A stretch of 64,000 nt of DNA, taken from the NCBI RefSeq assembly GCF_009914755.1, contig NC_060931.1. The stretch is one strand, 5' to 3'. Source of the DNA: the human T2T-CHM13v2.0 reference genome, Homo sapiens. Below are positions 1 to 12,870 of this stretch, in pieces; the first letter of the stretch is position 1; every line of letters begins with the position of its first letter. The translations under genes and the position numbers were made by a program. The notes under the pieces were generated by a model that saw nothing but the letters and a program-made list of their open reading frames with translations, was not told where the DNA came from and made no database searches.

Positions 1-3000
1 GCAAAGGGATATTTGGTAGCTAATTGAGTCCAATGGTGAAAAAGCAAATATCCCAGGATAAAACTAGAGGCAATCTATCTGAGAAATCGTTTGTGACGCG
101 TGAATTGACTTCACACAGAAAAAAATTTCTTTTCATTCAGCAGTCTGTAAACACTGTTTTGGCAGAATCCGCAAAGATACATGTGGGAGTGCATTGAGAC
201 CTATGGTGAAAAAGGAAATATCTTCCAATAAAAACTAGAAAGAAACTTGCTGAGAAACTGCTTTGTGATGTGTGCATTCAACTCACAGATTTAAACTTTT
301 CTGTGGATTCAGCAGTTTGCAAACACTGTTTTTTCCATTCTGCAAATGGACATTTGGGAGCTCATTGAGGCCAGTGACAAAAAAACCAATATCCCAGGAT
401 AAAAGCTGGTAGAAAGCTATTTGAGAAACTGCATTGTGGTGTGTGCATTCATCTCACAGAGATAAACCTTTCTCTTCATTCAGTAGTCTGGAAACACTGT
501 TTGCCAGAAGCCACGAAGGAATATTTGGGAGAGCATAGATACCAGTGGTGAGAAAGGAAATATCTTCAGATAAAAATTAGAAAGAAGCTTTCTGAGAAAC
601 AGCTTTGTGATGTGTGCATTCATCTCACAGAGTTAAACCTTTCTGTGGATTCAACAGTTTGCAAATTCTCTTTTTGCCCTTCTGCAAATAGAAATTTTTG
701 AGCTTATTGATGCCAATGGCAAAAAAGTGAGTATCCCAGGATAGAAAATAGAAAGAAGCTATTTTAGAAACCGCTTTTTGATGTCTGCATTCTTCTCTCA
801 GAGTTAAACCTGTCTTTTCTTGCAGCAGTTTGTAAACCCTGTTTTCATAGAATCTATGAAGGGATATCTGCAAGCACATTGAGACCTATGGAGAAAAAAG
901 AAATATCTTCAGATAAAAACTAGAAAGAAGGTTTCTGAGAAACTCCTTTGTGATGCTTGCATTCATCTCAAGAGTTAAACCTTTCTTTGGATTCAGCAGT
1001 TTGGAAACACAGTTGTTGTAGAATCTGTGAAGGGATATGTGGGAGCTCATTGAGGCAAATGGCAAAGAAGTAAGTATCCCAACATAAAAACTAGAAGGAA
1101 GCTCTTTGAGAAACTGCCTTGTGATATTTGCGTTCATCTCACAGAGTTAAAATTTGTTTTCACAGAATAGTTGGGAAACACTGTTTTCATAGAATCTGCA
1201 AAGTTATATTTGGGAGCGCTTTGAGACCTATGGTGAAAAAGGAAATAACTTCAGAAAAAAAGCTAGAAAGAAACTTTCTGGGAAACTGCATTGTGATGTG
1301 TGCATTCATCTCACACAGTTAAAGCCTTCTGTGGAATCATCAGTCTAGAAACACTGTTTCTCTCCATTCTGCAAATGGACATTTGAGATCTCCTTGAGGC
1401 CAATGGTGGAAAAGGGAATAATCCAGGGTAAAAACTGGAAGGAAGTTATCTATGAAACCGCTTTCAAAGTATGAATTCACCTCTCAGAGATAAACCTTTC
1501 TTTTCATTCAGCATTCTGGAAAAACTGTTTTGGCAGAATCTGCAAAGGGATATTTTGGAGCGCATTGAGGCCTGTGGTGAAAAAGGAAATATCTTCAGAG
1601 AAAAACTAGATAAAAGCTTTCTGAGAAACTGCTTTGTGATGTGTGCAGTCACCTCACAGAGTTAAGCCATTCTTTTGATTAGGCAGTTTGGAAACACTGT
1701 TGTTTTAGAGTCTGCGAAGGGATATTTGGGAGCTTAAAGAGGCCAAAGGCGAAAAAGCGAACACCCCAGGAAAAACGGAAAGGAAACTATCTGAGAATCC
1801 GCTTTGTGATGTGTTCATTCATCTCTCAGAGTTAAACCTTTCTTTTCATCCAGCAGCTTGAAAACACTGTTTTTGTGGTACCTGTGAAGTTATATTTGGG
1901 CGCACATCCAGGCCTATAGGGAAAATGGAAATATCTTCAGATAAAAATGAGAAAGAAGCTTTCTGAGAAGCTGATTTCTAATGTGTGAATTCATCTCACA
2001 GAGTTAAGCATTTCTGTGTATTCAGCAGTATGGAAACACTGTTGTAGAATCTGTGAAAGGATATTTGGGAGCTTATTGAGGCCAAAGGCAAAAAAGCAAA
2101 TATCCCAAGTAAAAAACAAGAAGGAAGCTGTCTGAGAAACTGCTTGGTGATGTGTGCATTCACCTCGCAGAGTTAAAACTTCCTTTTCATTCAGCAATTT
2201 GGAAACACTGTTCTGGCAGGATCATTGAAGGGATATTTTGCAGAACATTGAGGCCTATGGTGAAAAAGGAAATATCTTCAAATAAAAACTAGAAAGAAAC
2301 ATTCTGAGAAACTGCTTTGTGGTGTGTGCATTCATCTCACAGAGTTAAACCTTCATTTGGATTCAGCAGTTTGGAAACACTGTCACTGTAGAATCTGCAA
2401 AGTTATATTTTGGAGCTCATTGAGGACAATGGTGAGAAAGCAAATATCCCAGGATAAAAACTACAAGGAAGCTATTTGGGAAACAGCTTTGTGATGTGTG
2501 CATTCATCCAGCAGAGTTAAACCATCCTTTTCATTCAGCAGTTTGGAAACACCATTTTAGTAGAATCTGTGAAGGGATATCTGGGAGTGCTTTGGGACCT
2601 ATGGTGAAAAAGGAAATATCTTCGGATAAAATCTAGAAAGCAGCTTTCTGAGAAACTGCTTTGTGATGGTTGCATTAACCTCACAGAATTAAACCTTTCT
2701 ATGATTTCAGCAGTGTGCAAACAGTTTTTGCCCTTTCTGCAAATGGACATTTGAGAGCTCATTGAGGCCAATGGTGAAAAAGCGAATATTCCAGAATAAA
2801 ATTCTAGAAGGAAGCTTTCTGAGAAACGAGGTTGTGATGTGTGCATTCACCTCTAAGAGTTAAACCATGTTTTAATTCAGTAGTATTCAACACTCTTTTT
2901 GTAGAATCCATAAAAGAATATTTGGGAGCACATAGAGGCCTATGTAAAAAAGGAAATATCTTCAGATAAAAACTAGAAAGAAGCTTTCTGAGAAACTGCT

Positions 3001-6000
3001 TTAAGATGTGTGCATTCTTCTCACAGAGTTAAACCTTTCTTTGGACTCAACAGTTTGAAAACACTGTTGTTGTAGAATCTGTGAAGGGATATTTGGGAGC
3101 TCATTTAGGCCAAGGGCAAAGAAGTGAATATCCCACGATAAAAACTAGAAGGAATCTCTTTGACAAACCCCTTTGTGATGTGTGTATTCATCTCACAGAG
3201 TTAAACCTTTCTTTTCATTCAACAGTTTGGAAACACTGTTTTCATACAAAGTGTGAAGGGATATCTGTGAGCACATTGATGCCTATGGTGAAAAAGGAAA
3301 TATCTTCTGATAAAAACTAGAAAGAATCTTTGTGAGAAACTGCTTTGTGATGTGTGCATTTACCTCACAGAGTTAAACCTTTGTGTGGATTCAACAGTTT
3401 ACAAATACTGTTTTTGTCCATTCTGCCATTGGATATTTGGGAACTCGTTGAGGCCAATGGTGAAAAAGTGAATATCCTAGGATAAAAACTAGAAGGAAGC
3501 TATCTGAGAAAGAACTTTGTGATGGGCACGTTCAACTCGCAGAGATAAACCTTTCTTTTAATTCTGCAGTCTGGAAACACTGTTTTGGCAAAATCCGTGA
3601 ACGGATATTTGGGAGTGCATTGAGGCCTATGGTGAAAAAGGAAATATCTTCAGATGAAACCAAGAGAGAAGCTTTCTGAGAAACTGCTTTGTGATGCATG
3701 TATTAATCTCATAGAGTTAAACGTTTCTTTTCATTAATCTGCTTGGAAACACTGTTTTCATAGAATCTGCAAAGTGATATCTGGCAGCGCATTAAGGCCT
3801 ATGGTGAAAAAGGAAATATCATCAGAAAAAAACTAGAAGGAAACTTTCTGATAAACTGCTTTGAGATGTGTGCGTTCATCTCAAAGAGTTAAAATTTTCT
3901 TTTGATACAGCATTTTGAAAACACTTTTGTTGTCCATTCTGCAAATGGACATTTGGGAGCTCATTGAGGCCAATGGCAAAAAAGGGAATATCTCAGGATA
4001 AAAACTAGAAGGAGGCTATTTGAGAAACTGCTTTGTGACATGTGCATTCATCTCAAAGAGTTAAACCTTTCTTTTCAATCAGCAGTTTGGAACACTGTTT
4101 TCAGAGAATCTGTGTAGGGATATCTGGGAGCACATTGAGGCCTATGGTGAAAAAGGAAATACTTCAGATAAAAACTAGAAAGAAGCTTTCTGAGAAACTG
4201 CTTTATGATGTGTGCCCTCATCTCACAGAGTGAAACCTTTCTTTGGATTCAGCAGTTTGGAAACACTGTTGTGTTAGAATCTGCAAAGAGATATTTGGGA
4301 GATCATTGACACCAATGGTGAAAAAGCAAACATCCAAGAATAAAAACTTGAAGGAAGTTATTTGATAATCCGTTTTGTGATTTGAGCATTCATCTTCAGT
4401 GTTAAAACTTTCTTTTCATTCAGCAGTCTGGAAACACTGTTTCAGCAGAATCTGCGAAGGGATATTTTGGAGCACATTGAGGCCTATGGTGAAAAGAAAA
4501 TATCCTCAGTTGAAAACTAGAAAGAAGCTTTCTGAGAAACTGCTTTGTGATGTGTGCATTCATCTCACAGAGTTAAACCTTTCTTTGGATTCAGCAGTTT
4601 GGAAACAATGTTGGTGTAGAACCTACAAAGTGATATTTGAGAGAATATAGAGGCCTATGGTGAAAAAGGAAGTATCTTCAGATAAAAACTAGAGAGAAGA
4701 TTTCTATGAACAGCTTCGTGATGTGTGCATTGCTATCACAGAGTTCAACTTGTCTTTGGAGTAAACATTTTGCAAACACTGTTTATGTCCATTGTGTAAA
4801 TGGACATTTTGGAGCCCATTAAGGCCAAAGGGAAAAAAGTGAATATCCTAGGATAAAAACTACAAGGAAACTATGTGTGGAAACACTTTGTGACTTATGC
4901 ATTCATCTCACAGAGTTAAAACTGTCTGTTCATTCTGCAGTTTGGAAACACTGTTTTCCTGGAATCTGTGAAGGGATATCTGGGAGTGCATTGAGGCCTA
5001 TGGTGAAAAAGGAAATAACTTCAGATAAAAGCTAGAAAGGAGTTTTCTGGGAAACAGCTTTGTGATGTGTGGTTTTGTCTCACAGAGTTAAACCATTCTG
5101 GGGATTCAGCAGTTTGCAAACACTGTTTTTGTCCATTCTGTGAATAGGCATTTTGGAGCTCATAGAGGCCAATGTTAAAAAAGCTAATATCCCAGGATAA
5201 AAACTGAAATGAAGCTATCTGAGAAACTGCTTTCTGATGTGTGCATTCAGCTCACAGAGATAAATTTTTATTTTCATTCAGCAATCTGCAGACATTTTTT
5301 TGGCAGAATCCGGGAAGGTATATTTGAGAGCACATTGAGGCCTATGGTGAAAAAGGAAATATCTTCAGATATAAACTGGAAAGAAGCTTTCTGAGAAACT
5401 GCCTTGTGATGTGTGCATTCACCTCACAGAGTTAAAACTTTCTGTGGATTCAGCAGTTTTCAAACACTGTTGTTGCACAATCTGTGAACGGATATTTGGG
5501 AGCTCATCGAGGCCAATGGCGACAAAATGAATATCCCAGGTTAAAAGCTAGAAGGAAGCCATCAGAGGAACTGCTTTGTGTTGTGTGCATTCACCTCACA
5601 GAGTTAAAACCTTCTTTTCATTCAGCAGTCCAGAAAAACTGTTTTGGCAGAATCCGCAAAAGGATATTTGGGAGTGAATTAAGGCTTATGGTGAAAAAGT
5701 AAATATCTTCAGATAAAAACTAGAAAGAAGTTTTGTGAGAAACTGCTTTGTGATGTGTGCATTCATCTCACAGAGTTAAAGCTTTCAGTTGAGTCAGCAG
5801 TTTGGAAAAACTGTTTTTGTCCATTCTGTGAATGGATATTTGGAAGCTCATTGAGGACAATGGCAAAAAAAGTTAATATGCCAGGATAAGAACTAGAAAG
5901 AAGCTATCTGAGAAACAACTTTTTGAAATGTGTGTTCACCTCACAGAGTAAAAACTTTCTTTTCATACAGCACTCTGGAAACACTGTCTTTGTAGTATCC

Positions 6001-9000
6001 ACGAAGTTATATTTTTGAGTGCATAGAATCCTCTGCAAGCAAAAGAAATATCTTCAGATAAAAATTAGAAGGAAGCTTTTGGAGAAAATTCTTTGTGATA
6101 TGTGCATTCATCTCACATAATTCAACCTTTCTTTGGATTAAGCAGTTTGCACACATTGTTTTTGTCCATTTGCAAGTGGACATTTGGGAGCTCATTGAGA
6201 CCAAAGACGAAAAAGCGAATATGCCAGGATAAAAACTAGATGGAAGCTGTTTGAGAAACCATTTTGGGATGTGTGTATTCATCTCGTAGAGTTCAACTTG
6301 TCTTTTCATTCAGCAGTTTGGAAACACTGTTTTTGAGGAAACTGTGAAGGGATATCTGGGAGCTCACTGAGTCCAATGTGAAAATGCAAATATCCCAGGA
6401 TAAAAACTAGAAGAAAACTAATTGAGAAACTGCTTCATGATGTGTGCATTCAACTCGAAGAGTTAAACTTTTCTTTTCATTCAGCAGTTTGGAAACACTT
6501 TTTTCATAGTATCTGTGAAGGGATATCTGGGAGTGCATTGAGGCCTATGGTGAAAAAAGAAATATCGTCAGATAAAAACTAGAACAAAGCTTTCTGAGAA
6601 ACTGCTTTGGATGTGTGCATTCAACTCACAGAAGTAAACCTTTCTGTGGATGCAGCAGTTTGCAAACACTGTTTTTATCCATTCTGCAAATGGATATTTT
6701 GGAACTCATTGAGGCCAATGGAGAAAAAGTGAATATCACAGGATATAAACTAGAAGCAAGCTATCTGAGAAACTGCTTCTTGATGTATGCATTCATCTCA
6801 AAGAGTTTAACTTTTCTTTTCATTCAGCTGTTTGGAAACACTGTTTTCAAAGAATCTGTGAAGGGATATCTGGGGGCACATTTGGGCCTATGGTTAAAAA
6901 GGAAATATTGTCAGATAAAAACAATAAAGAAGCTTTCTAAGAAACTGCTTTGTGATATGTGCATTCATTTTACAGAGGTAAACCTTTCTTTGCATTCAGC
7001 AGTTTAGAAACACTGGTGTTTTAGAACCTGTGAATGGATATTTGGGAGCTTAATGAGGCCAATGGAGAAAAACGAATATCACAGAAAAAAAACTAGAACA
7101 AAGCGATAAGAGAAACCACTTTGTGATGTGTGCATTCATCCCTCAGAGTTAAATGTTTCTTTTCATTCAGCGTATTTTAAACACTCTTATTGTTGAATCT
7201 TCGAAGGGATAACTGGGACCACATTGAGGCCTATGGTGAAAAAGGAAATATCGTCAGATAAAAAGTAGATGGAAGCTATAGGAGAAATTGCTTTGTGGTG
7301 TGTGCATTCACTTCGCAGAGATAAACATTTCTTTTCATTCAGCACTGTGGAAATATTGTTTTGGTAGAATCCGTGAAGTTATATTTCAGAATGCATAGAT
7401 GCCTAGGGTGAAAAAGGAAATACCTTCAGATAAAACTTACAGAGAAACTTTCTGAGAAACTGCTTTGTGATGTGTGCATGCATCTCACAGAGTTAAACCT
7501 TTCTTTTGATTCAGCAGATCAGAAACACTGTTTTTGCAGAATCTGTGAAGGGATATTTGGGAGCTCATTGAGGCCAATGGTGAAAAAGCCAATATCCCAG
7601 TATAAAAACTAGAGGGAAGTTATCTGAGAAGCCATTTTGTGATATGTGCATTCACCTCACAGAGTTAAAACATTCTTTTCATTCAACAATCAGGAAAAAC
7701 TGTTTTGGCAGTATCCTCAAAGGGATAACTGGGAGCACATTAAGGACAATGGAGAAAAGGAAAATATCTTCTGGTAAAAACTAGAGAGAAGCTTTCTGTG
7801 AAACTGATTTGCGATGTGTGCATTCACCTGACACAGTTAAATCTTTCTCTGAATTCAGCAGTTTGCAAACACTGTTTTTGTCCATTCTGCAAATGGACAT
7901 TTCGGAGCTCATTGAGGCCAATGGCGAACAAGCGTATATCCCATGATAAAAACTGGAAGGAAGCTATCTGAGAAGCCACTTTGTGATGTGTGCATTCACC
8001 TTGCAGAGATAAACCTTTCTTTTCATGCTGCAGTCTGAAAACACTGTTTTGGCAGAATTTGCACAGGGATATTTGGGAGCGCGTTGAGGCCTATGGTGAG
8101 AAAGGAAATATATTCAGATGAAAACTAGAAAGAAACATTCTGAGAAACTGCTTTGTGATGTGTGCATTCATATCACAGAGTTAAACCTTTCTTTGGGTTC
8201 ATCAGTTTGGAAGCTGTTGTTTTAGAATCTGAGACAGGATATTTTTAGAGCACAGTGAAGTCAATGGCAAAAAAGCGAATATCCAAGGATAAAAAATAGA
8301 AGGAAACTGCCTGAGAAACTGCTTTGTGGTGTGTGTATTCATCTCTCAGAGTTAAATCTTTCTTTTTATTCAGCAGTTTGGAAGAAGCTTTGTTTGTAGA
8401 ATCTGTGAATGGATATTTGGGAGTGCATAGAGGCCTATTCTGAAAAAGGAAATATCTTCCAATAAAAACTAAAAAGACACTTTTTGAGAAACTGTTTTGT
8501 GATGTGTGCATTTATCTCACAGAGTTAAACTTTTCTTTGGAATCAGCAATGTGGAAACACTGTTGTTTTAGAATCTCTGCAGGGATATTTGGGAGCTCAT
8601 TGAGACCAATGGCAAAAAAGTGAATATTCCTGCATAAAAACTAGAAGGAAGCTACTTGAGAAACTGCTTTGTGATGTCTGCATTCATCTCACAGAGTTAA
8701 TCCTTTCTTTTCACTCAACAGTTTGGAAACTCTGTCTTCATAGAATCTACAAAGGGCTATCTGGGAGCGAATTGGTGCCCATGGTGAAAAAGGAAATATC
8801 TTCAGATAAAAACTAGAAAGAAGCTTTCTGATAAATTGCTTTGTGTTCTGTGCATTCATCTCACAGACTTCAACCTTTCTGTGTATTCAGTAGTTAGTAA
8901 ACACTGTTTTTGTCCATTCTGTGAATGGACATTTGGGAACTCTTTAAGGTCAATGGCCAAAAAAAGATTATCCCAGGATAAAAACTAGAAGGAAACTATT

Positions 9001-12000
9001 GGAGAAACCAGCTTGTGATGTGTGCATTCATCTCACAGAGTTAAACTTTTCTTTTCATTCAGCAGTTAAGAAAAACTGTTTTCATGGAATCTGCTAAGGG
9101 GTATCTGGGAGTGCATTGTGGCCTATGGTGAAAAAGGAAATATCTTCAGATATACAGTAGAAAGAAGCTTTCTGAGAAACTGTTTTCTGATGTGTGCATT
9201 CATCTCACAGAGGTAAACCTTTCTGCGGATTCAACAGTTTGCAAATACTGTTTTTATCCACTATGCAAATGGATGTTTTGAGCTAACCTGAGGCCAATGG
9301 CAAAATAGTTAATATCCCAGGATTAAAACTAGAAGGAATCTGTCTGAGAGACCACTTTGTGATGTGCACATACATCTAATAGAGTTAAAACTTTCTTTTC
9401 ATTTAACAGTTTGGAAACATGCTTTTGGTAGAATCCGCAAAGTTATAAGGGTGCATTGAGGTCTATGGTGAAAAAGGAAATATGTTCAGATAAAAAACAG
9501 GAAGAACTTTTCTGAGAAACGGTTTTGTGTTAATTGCATTCATCTCACAGAGATAAAACTTTCCGTGGATTCAGCAGTTTGCAAACACTTTTTTCTCCAT
9601 TCTGCAAATGGACAGTTGGGAGCTCATTAAGGCCAACGTTAGAAAAGAGAATACCCCAGGATAAAAACTAGAAGGAAGCTGTTTGAGAAACTGCTTTGTG
9701 ATGTATGCATTCATCTTGCAGAAGTTAACCATTCTTTTCAAACAGCAGTTTGGAAACACTGTTTTCGTAGAATCTGCAAAGAGCTATCTAGGAGTGCATT
9801 GAGGCCTATGGTGAAAAAGGAAATATCTTCAGATAAACATTAGAAAGAAGCTTTCTGAGACACTGCTTTGTGATGTGAGCATTCACCTCTCAGAGTTAAA
9901 ACCTTCTTTTAATTCAGCAGTTCTGGAAACATTGTTTTGGCAGAATCCATGATGGGATATTTGGGAGCGCATTGAGGCCAACAGTGAAAAAAGACATATC
10001 TTCAGATAAAAACTAGAAAGAAGCTTCCTAAGCAACAGCTTTGTGTTGTGTGCATTCACCTCACAGAGTGAAAACTTTCTGTTCATACAGTAGTCTGGAA
10101 AACTGTTTTGGCAAAATCCTTGAAGGGATATAAAGGAGGGCATTGACACCTATGGTGAAAAAGGAAATATTTTTAGATAAAAACTAGAAAGAAGGTTTCT
10201 AAGAAACTGCTTTCTGTTGTGTGCATTCATCTCACAGAGTTAAAACTTTCTTTTCATTCAGCAGTTTGGAAACACTGTTGTGGAATCTGTGAAGGGATTT
10301 TGGAGCTAAATGAGTCCAAATGTAAAAAATGGAATATCCCAGGATAAAACCTTGAAGGAACTCATCTGATAAACTGCTTTTTGATGTGTCCATTCATCTC
10401 CCAGAGCAAAACATTCTTTTCATTCACCAGTTTGGAAACACTGTTTTTGTAGAATCTGTGAAGTTATATTTGGGAGCGCATACAGGCCTACTGTGAAACA
10501 GGAAATATCTTCAGATACAAACTAGAAAGAAGCTTTCTGAGAAAATGCTTTGTGATGTGTGCATTTATCTCACAGAGTTAAACCTTTCTGTGGATTCAGC
10601 AGTTTGCAAACACTGTTTTTGTCCATTCTGCAAATGGACATATTGCAACTAATTGAGGCTAATGGTGAAAAAGTTAATATCCCAGGGTAAAATCTGGAAG
10701 GCAGCTATCTGAGAAACTGCTTTGTGATGTTTGCATTCACCTTCCATAGATAAAATTTTCTTTTCATTCAGCTGTCTGGATACACTGTTTTTGCAGGATC
10801 CGTGAAGGGTTATTTGGGAGTGCATTGAGGCCTATGGTGAAAAAGGAAATATATTCAGATAAAAACTAGAAGGAGGTTTTCTGAGAAACTGCTTTTTGAT
10901 GTGTGCATTTATCTTACAGAGTTAAACCTTTCTGTGGATTCAGCAGTTTGCAAACACTGTTGTTGTAGACCCTGTGAAGGGATATTTGTGAGCTTAATGA
11001 GGCCAAAGGTGACAAAGGGGATATCTGAGGAAAAAAACTAGAAGAAAGATATCTGAGAAACTGCTTTGTGATGGGTGCATTCACCACTCAGAGTTAAAAA
11101 TTTCCTTTCATACAGCAGTCTGGAAACACTGTTTTGACAGAATCTGCAAAGGGATATTTGGGAGCACATTGAGGCCTATGTGAATAAGAAAATATTTTCA
11201 CATGAGAACTAGAAAGAAGCTTTCTAAGAAACTACTTTGTGATGTGTGCATTCATCTCACAAAGTTAAACTTTTCTTTGGATTCAGCAGTTTGGAAACAC
11301 TGTTGTTATTGAATCTATGAAGGGATATTTCAGAGCTTATTGAGGCCAAAGGAGAAAAAGCAAATATCCCTGGATAAAAACTAGAAGGAAGCTCTCTGAG
11401 AAACTGTCTTATGATGGGTGCATTCATCTCGCAGGATTAAACCTTTCTTTTCTTTCAGCAGTTTTTAAACTTTTTTTTTTTTTTAGAATCTGTGAAGGGA
11501 TATCTGGGAGAATATTGAGGCCTATTGTGAAAAAGGAGATATCTTCAGATAAGAACCAGAAAGAAGCACTCTGAAAAGCTGCCTTGTGATGTATGCATTC
11601 ATCTCACAGAGGTAAATCTTTCTGTGGATTCAGCAGTTTGCAAACTCTGTTTTTGTCCACTCTGTGATTGGACATTAGGGAGTGAAATGAGGCCAATGGC
11701 CAAAAAGTGAATAGCCCAGGATAAAAACAAGAAACAAGCTATCTGATGAACTGTTTTGTGACATATGCATTAACTCACAGAGATAAACCTTTCTTTTAAT
11801 TCAGCTGTCTGGAATTATTCTTTTTGCAGAATTTGTGAAGGGATATTTGGGAGTGCATTGAGGCCTTTGGTGAAAAAGGAATTATCTTCAGATAAAAAAT
11901 AGAAAGAAGCTATCTGAGAAACTGCTTTGTGATGTGTGAATTCATCCCAAAGAGTTAAAACTTTTTGTGGATTCATCAGTTTACAAACACTGTTTTTGTC

Positions 12001-12069
12001 CATTCTATGAGTGGACATTTGGGTGCTCACTGGGGCCAATGGCCAGAAAGGGAATATCCCAGGATAAAA
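1..12069 (+). repeat. Alpha satellite, diverged dimeric relic layer, forward orientation
   Basis: The ~171-bp periodic motif GAGAAACTGCTTTGTGATGTGTGCATTCATCTCACAGAGTTAAACC...CAGCAGTTTGGAAACACTG recurs throughout. Monomer ends mostly alternate between GGCCTATGGTGAAAAAGGAAATATCTTCAGATAAAAACTAGAAAGAAGCTTTC and GGCCAATGG..AAAAAG.GAATATCCCAGGATAAAAACTAGAAGGAAGCTATC. Confidence 0.98.
201..217 (-). promoter_or_regulatory. pJalpha (A-box) motif; one example of many, in roughly every second monomer
   Basis: CTATGGTGAAAAAGGAA is the reverse complement of TTCCTTTTYCACCRTAG and sits at the position where new-family B monomers carry a CENP-B box. Confidence 0.8.
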
Positions 12070-12838
12070 AAAACACATGAAAAAGTGCTCACCATCACTG
12101 GCCATCAGAGAAATGCAAATCAAAACCACTATGAGATACCACCTCACACCAGTTAGAATGGCAATCATTAAAAAGTCAGACAACAACAGGTGCTGAAGAG
12201 GATGTGGAGAAATAGGAACACTTTTACACTGTTGGTGGGACTGTAAACTAGTTCAACCATTGTGGAAGTCAGTGTGGTGATTCCTCAGGGATCTAGAACT
12301 AGAAATACCATTTGATCCAGCCATCCCATTACTGGGTATATACCCAAACGACTATAAATCATGCTGCTATAAAGACACATGCACACGTATGTTTATTGCG
12401 GCATTATTCACAATAGCAAAGACTTGGAACCAACCCAAATGTCCAACAATGATAGACTGGATTAAGAAAATGTGACACATACACACCATGGAATACTATG
12501 CAGCCATAAAAAATGATGAGTTCATGTCCTTTGTAGGGACATGGATGAAATTGGAAATCATCATTCTCAGTAAACTATCACAAGAACAAAAAACCAAACA
12601 CCGCATATTCTCACTCATAGGTGGGAATTGAACAATGAGAACACATGGACACAGGAAGGGGAACATCACACTGTGAGGACTGTTGTGGGGTGGGGGGAGG
12701 GGGGAAGGATAGCATTGGGAGATATACCTAATGCTAGATGACGAGTTAGTGGGTGCAGCACACCAGAATGGCACATGTATATGTATGTAACTAACCTGCA
12801 CAATGTGCACATGTACCCTAACACTTAAAGTGTAATAA

Positions 12839-12865
<27 letters not shown>
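12070..12865 (+). mobile_element. 5'-truncated LINE-1, L1PA2/L1PA3-like (ORF2 3' end, 3'UTR and A-rich tail)
   Basis: Recognisable L1 3' sequence: ATCAGAGAAATGCAAATCAAAACC, CATCCCATTACTGGGTATATACCC, the G-rich tract and GATATACCTAATGCTAGATGACGAGTTAGTGGG. GAG at 12743-12745 and ACTTAAAG exclude L1Hs Ta/pre-Ta. It interrupts an alpha monomer at CCCAGGAT|AAAA; the TSD is short and ambiguous (ATAAAA 12064-12069 / 12866-12871). Confidence 0.96.
12071..12631 (+). pseudogene. L1 ORF2p C-terminal fragment, disabled
   Basis: The frame reads [36 protein letters not shown]...HRIFSLIGGN* with the natural stop at 12629-12631. There are in-frame TGG>TGA stops at 12194-12196 and 12473-12475. Confidence 0.9.
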
Positions 12866-12869
<4 letters not shown>

Positions 12870-12870
12870 A
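12834..12870 (+). repeat. (AAAT)n microsatellite forming the L1 tail
   Basis: AATAATAAATAAATAAA... directly follows the L1 3' end. Confidence 0.9.

Noticed and set aside
12687-12708. G-rich tract as a novel G-quadruplex element
   Set aside because: It is the standard L1 3'UTR polypurine tract, partly degraded here.
11815-12810. ORFs 11815-12186(-), 11965-12156(+) and 12496-12810(-)
   Set aside because: They are antisense or off-frame readings of the L1 fragment, two of them fused to satellite; a familiar spurious product.
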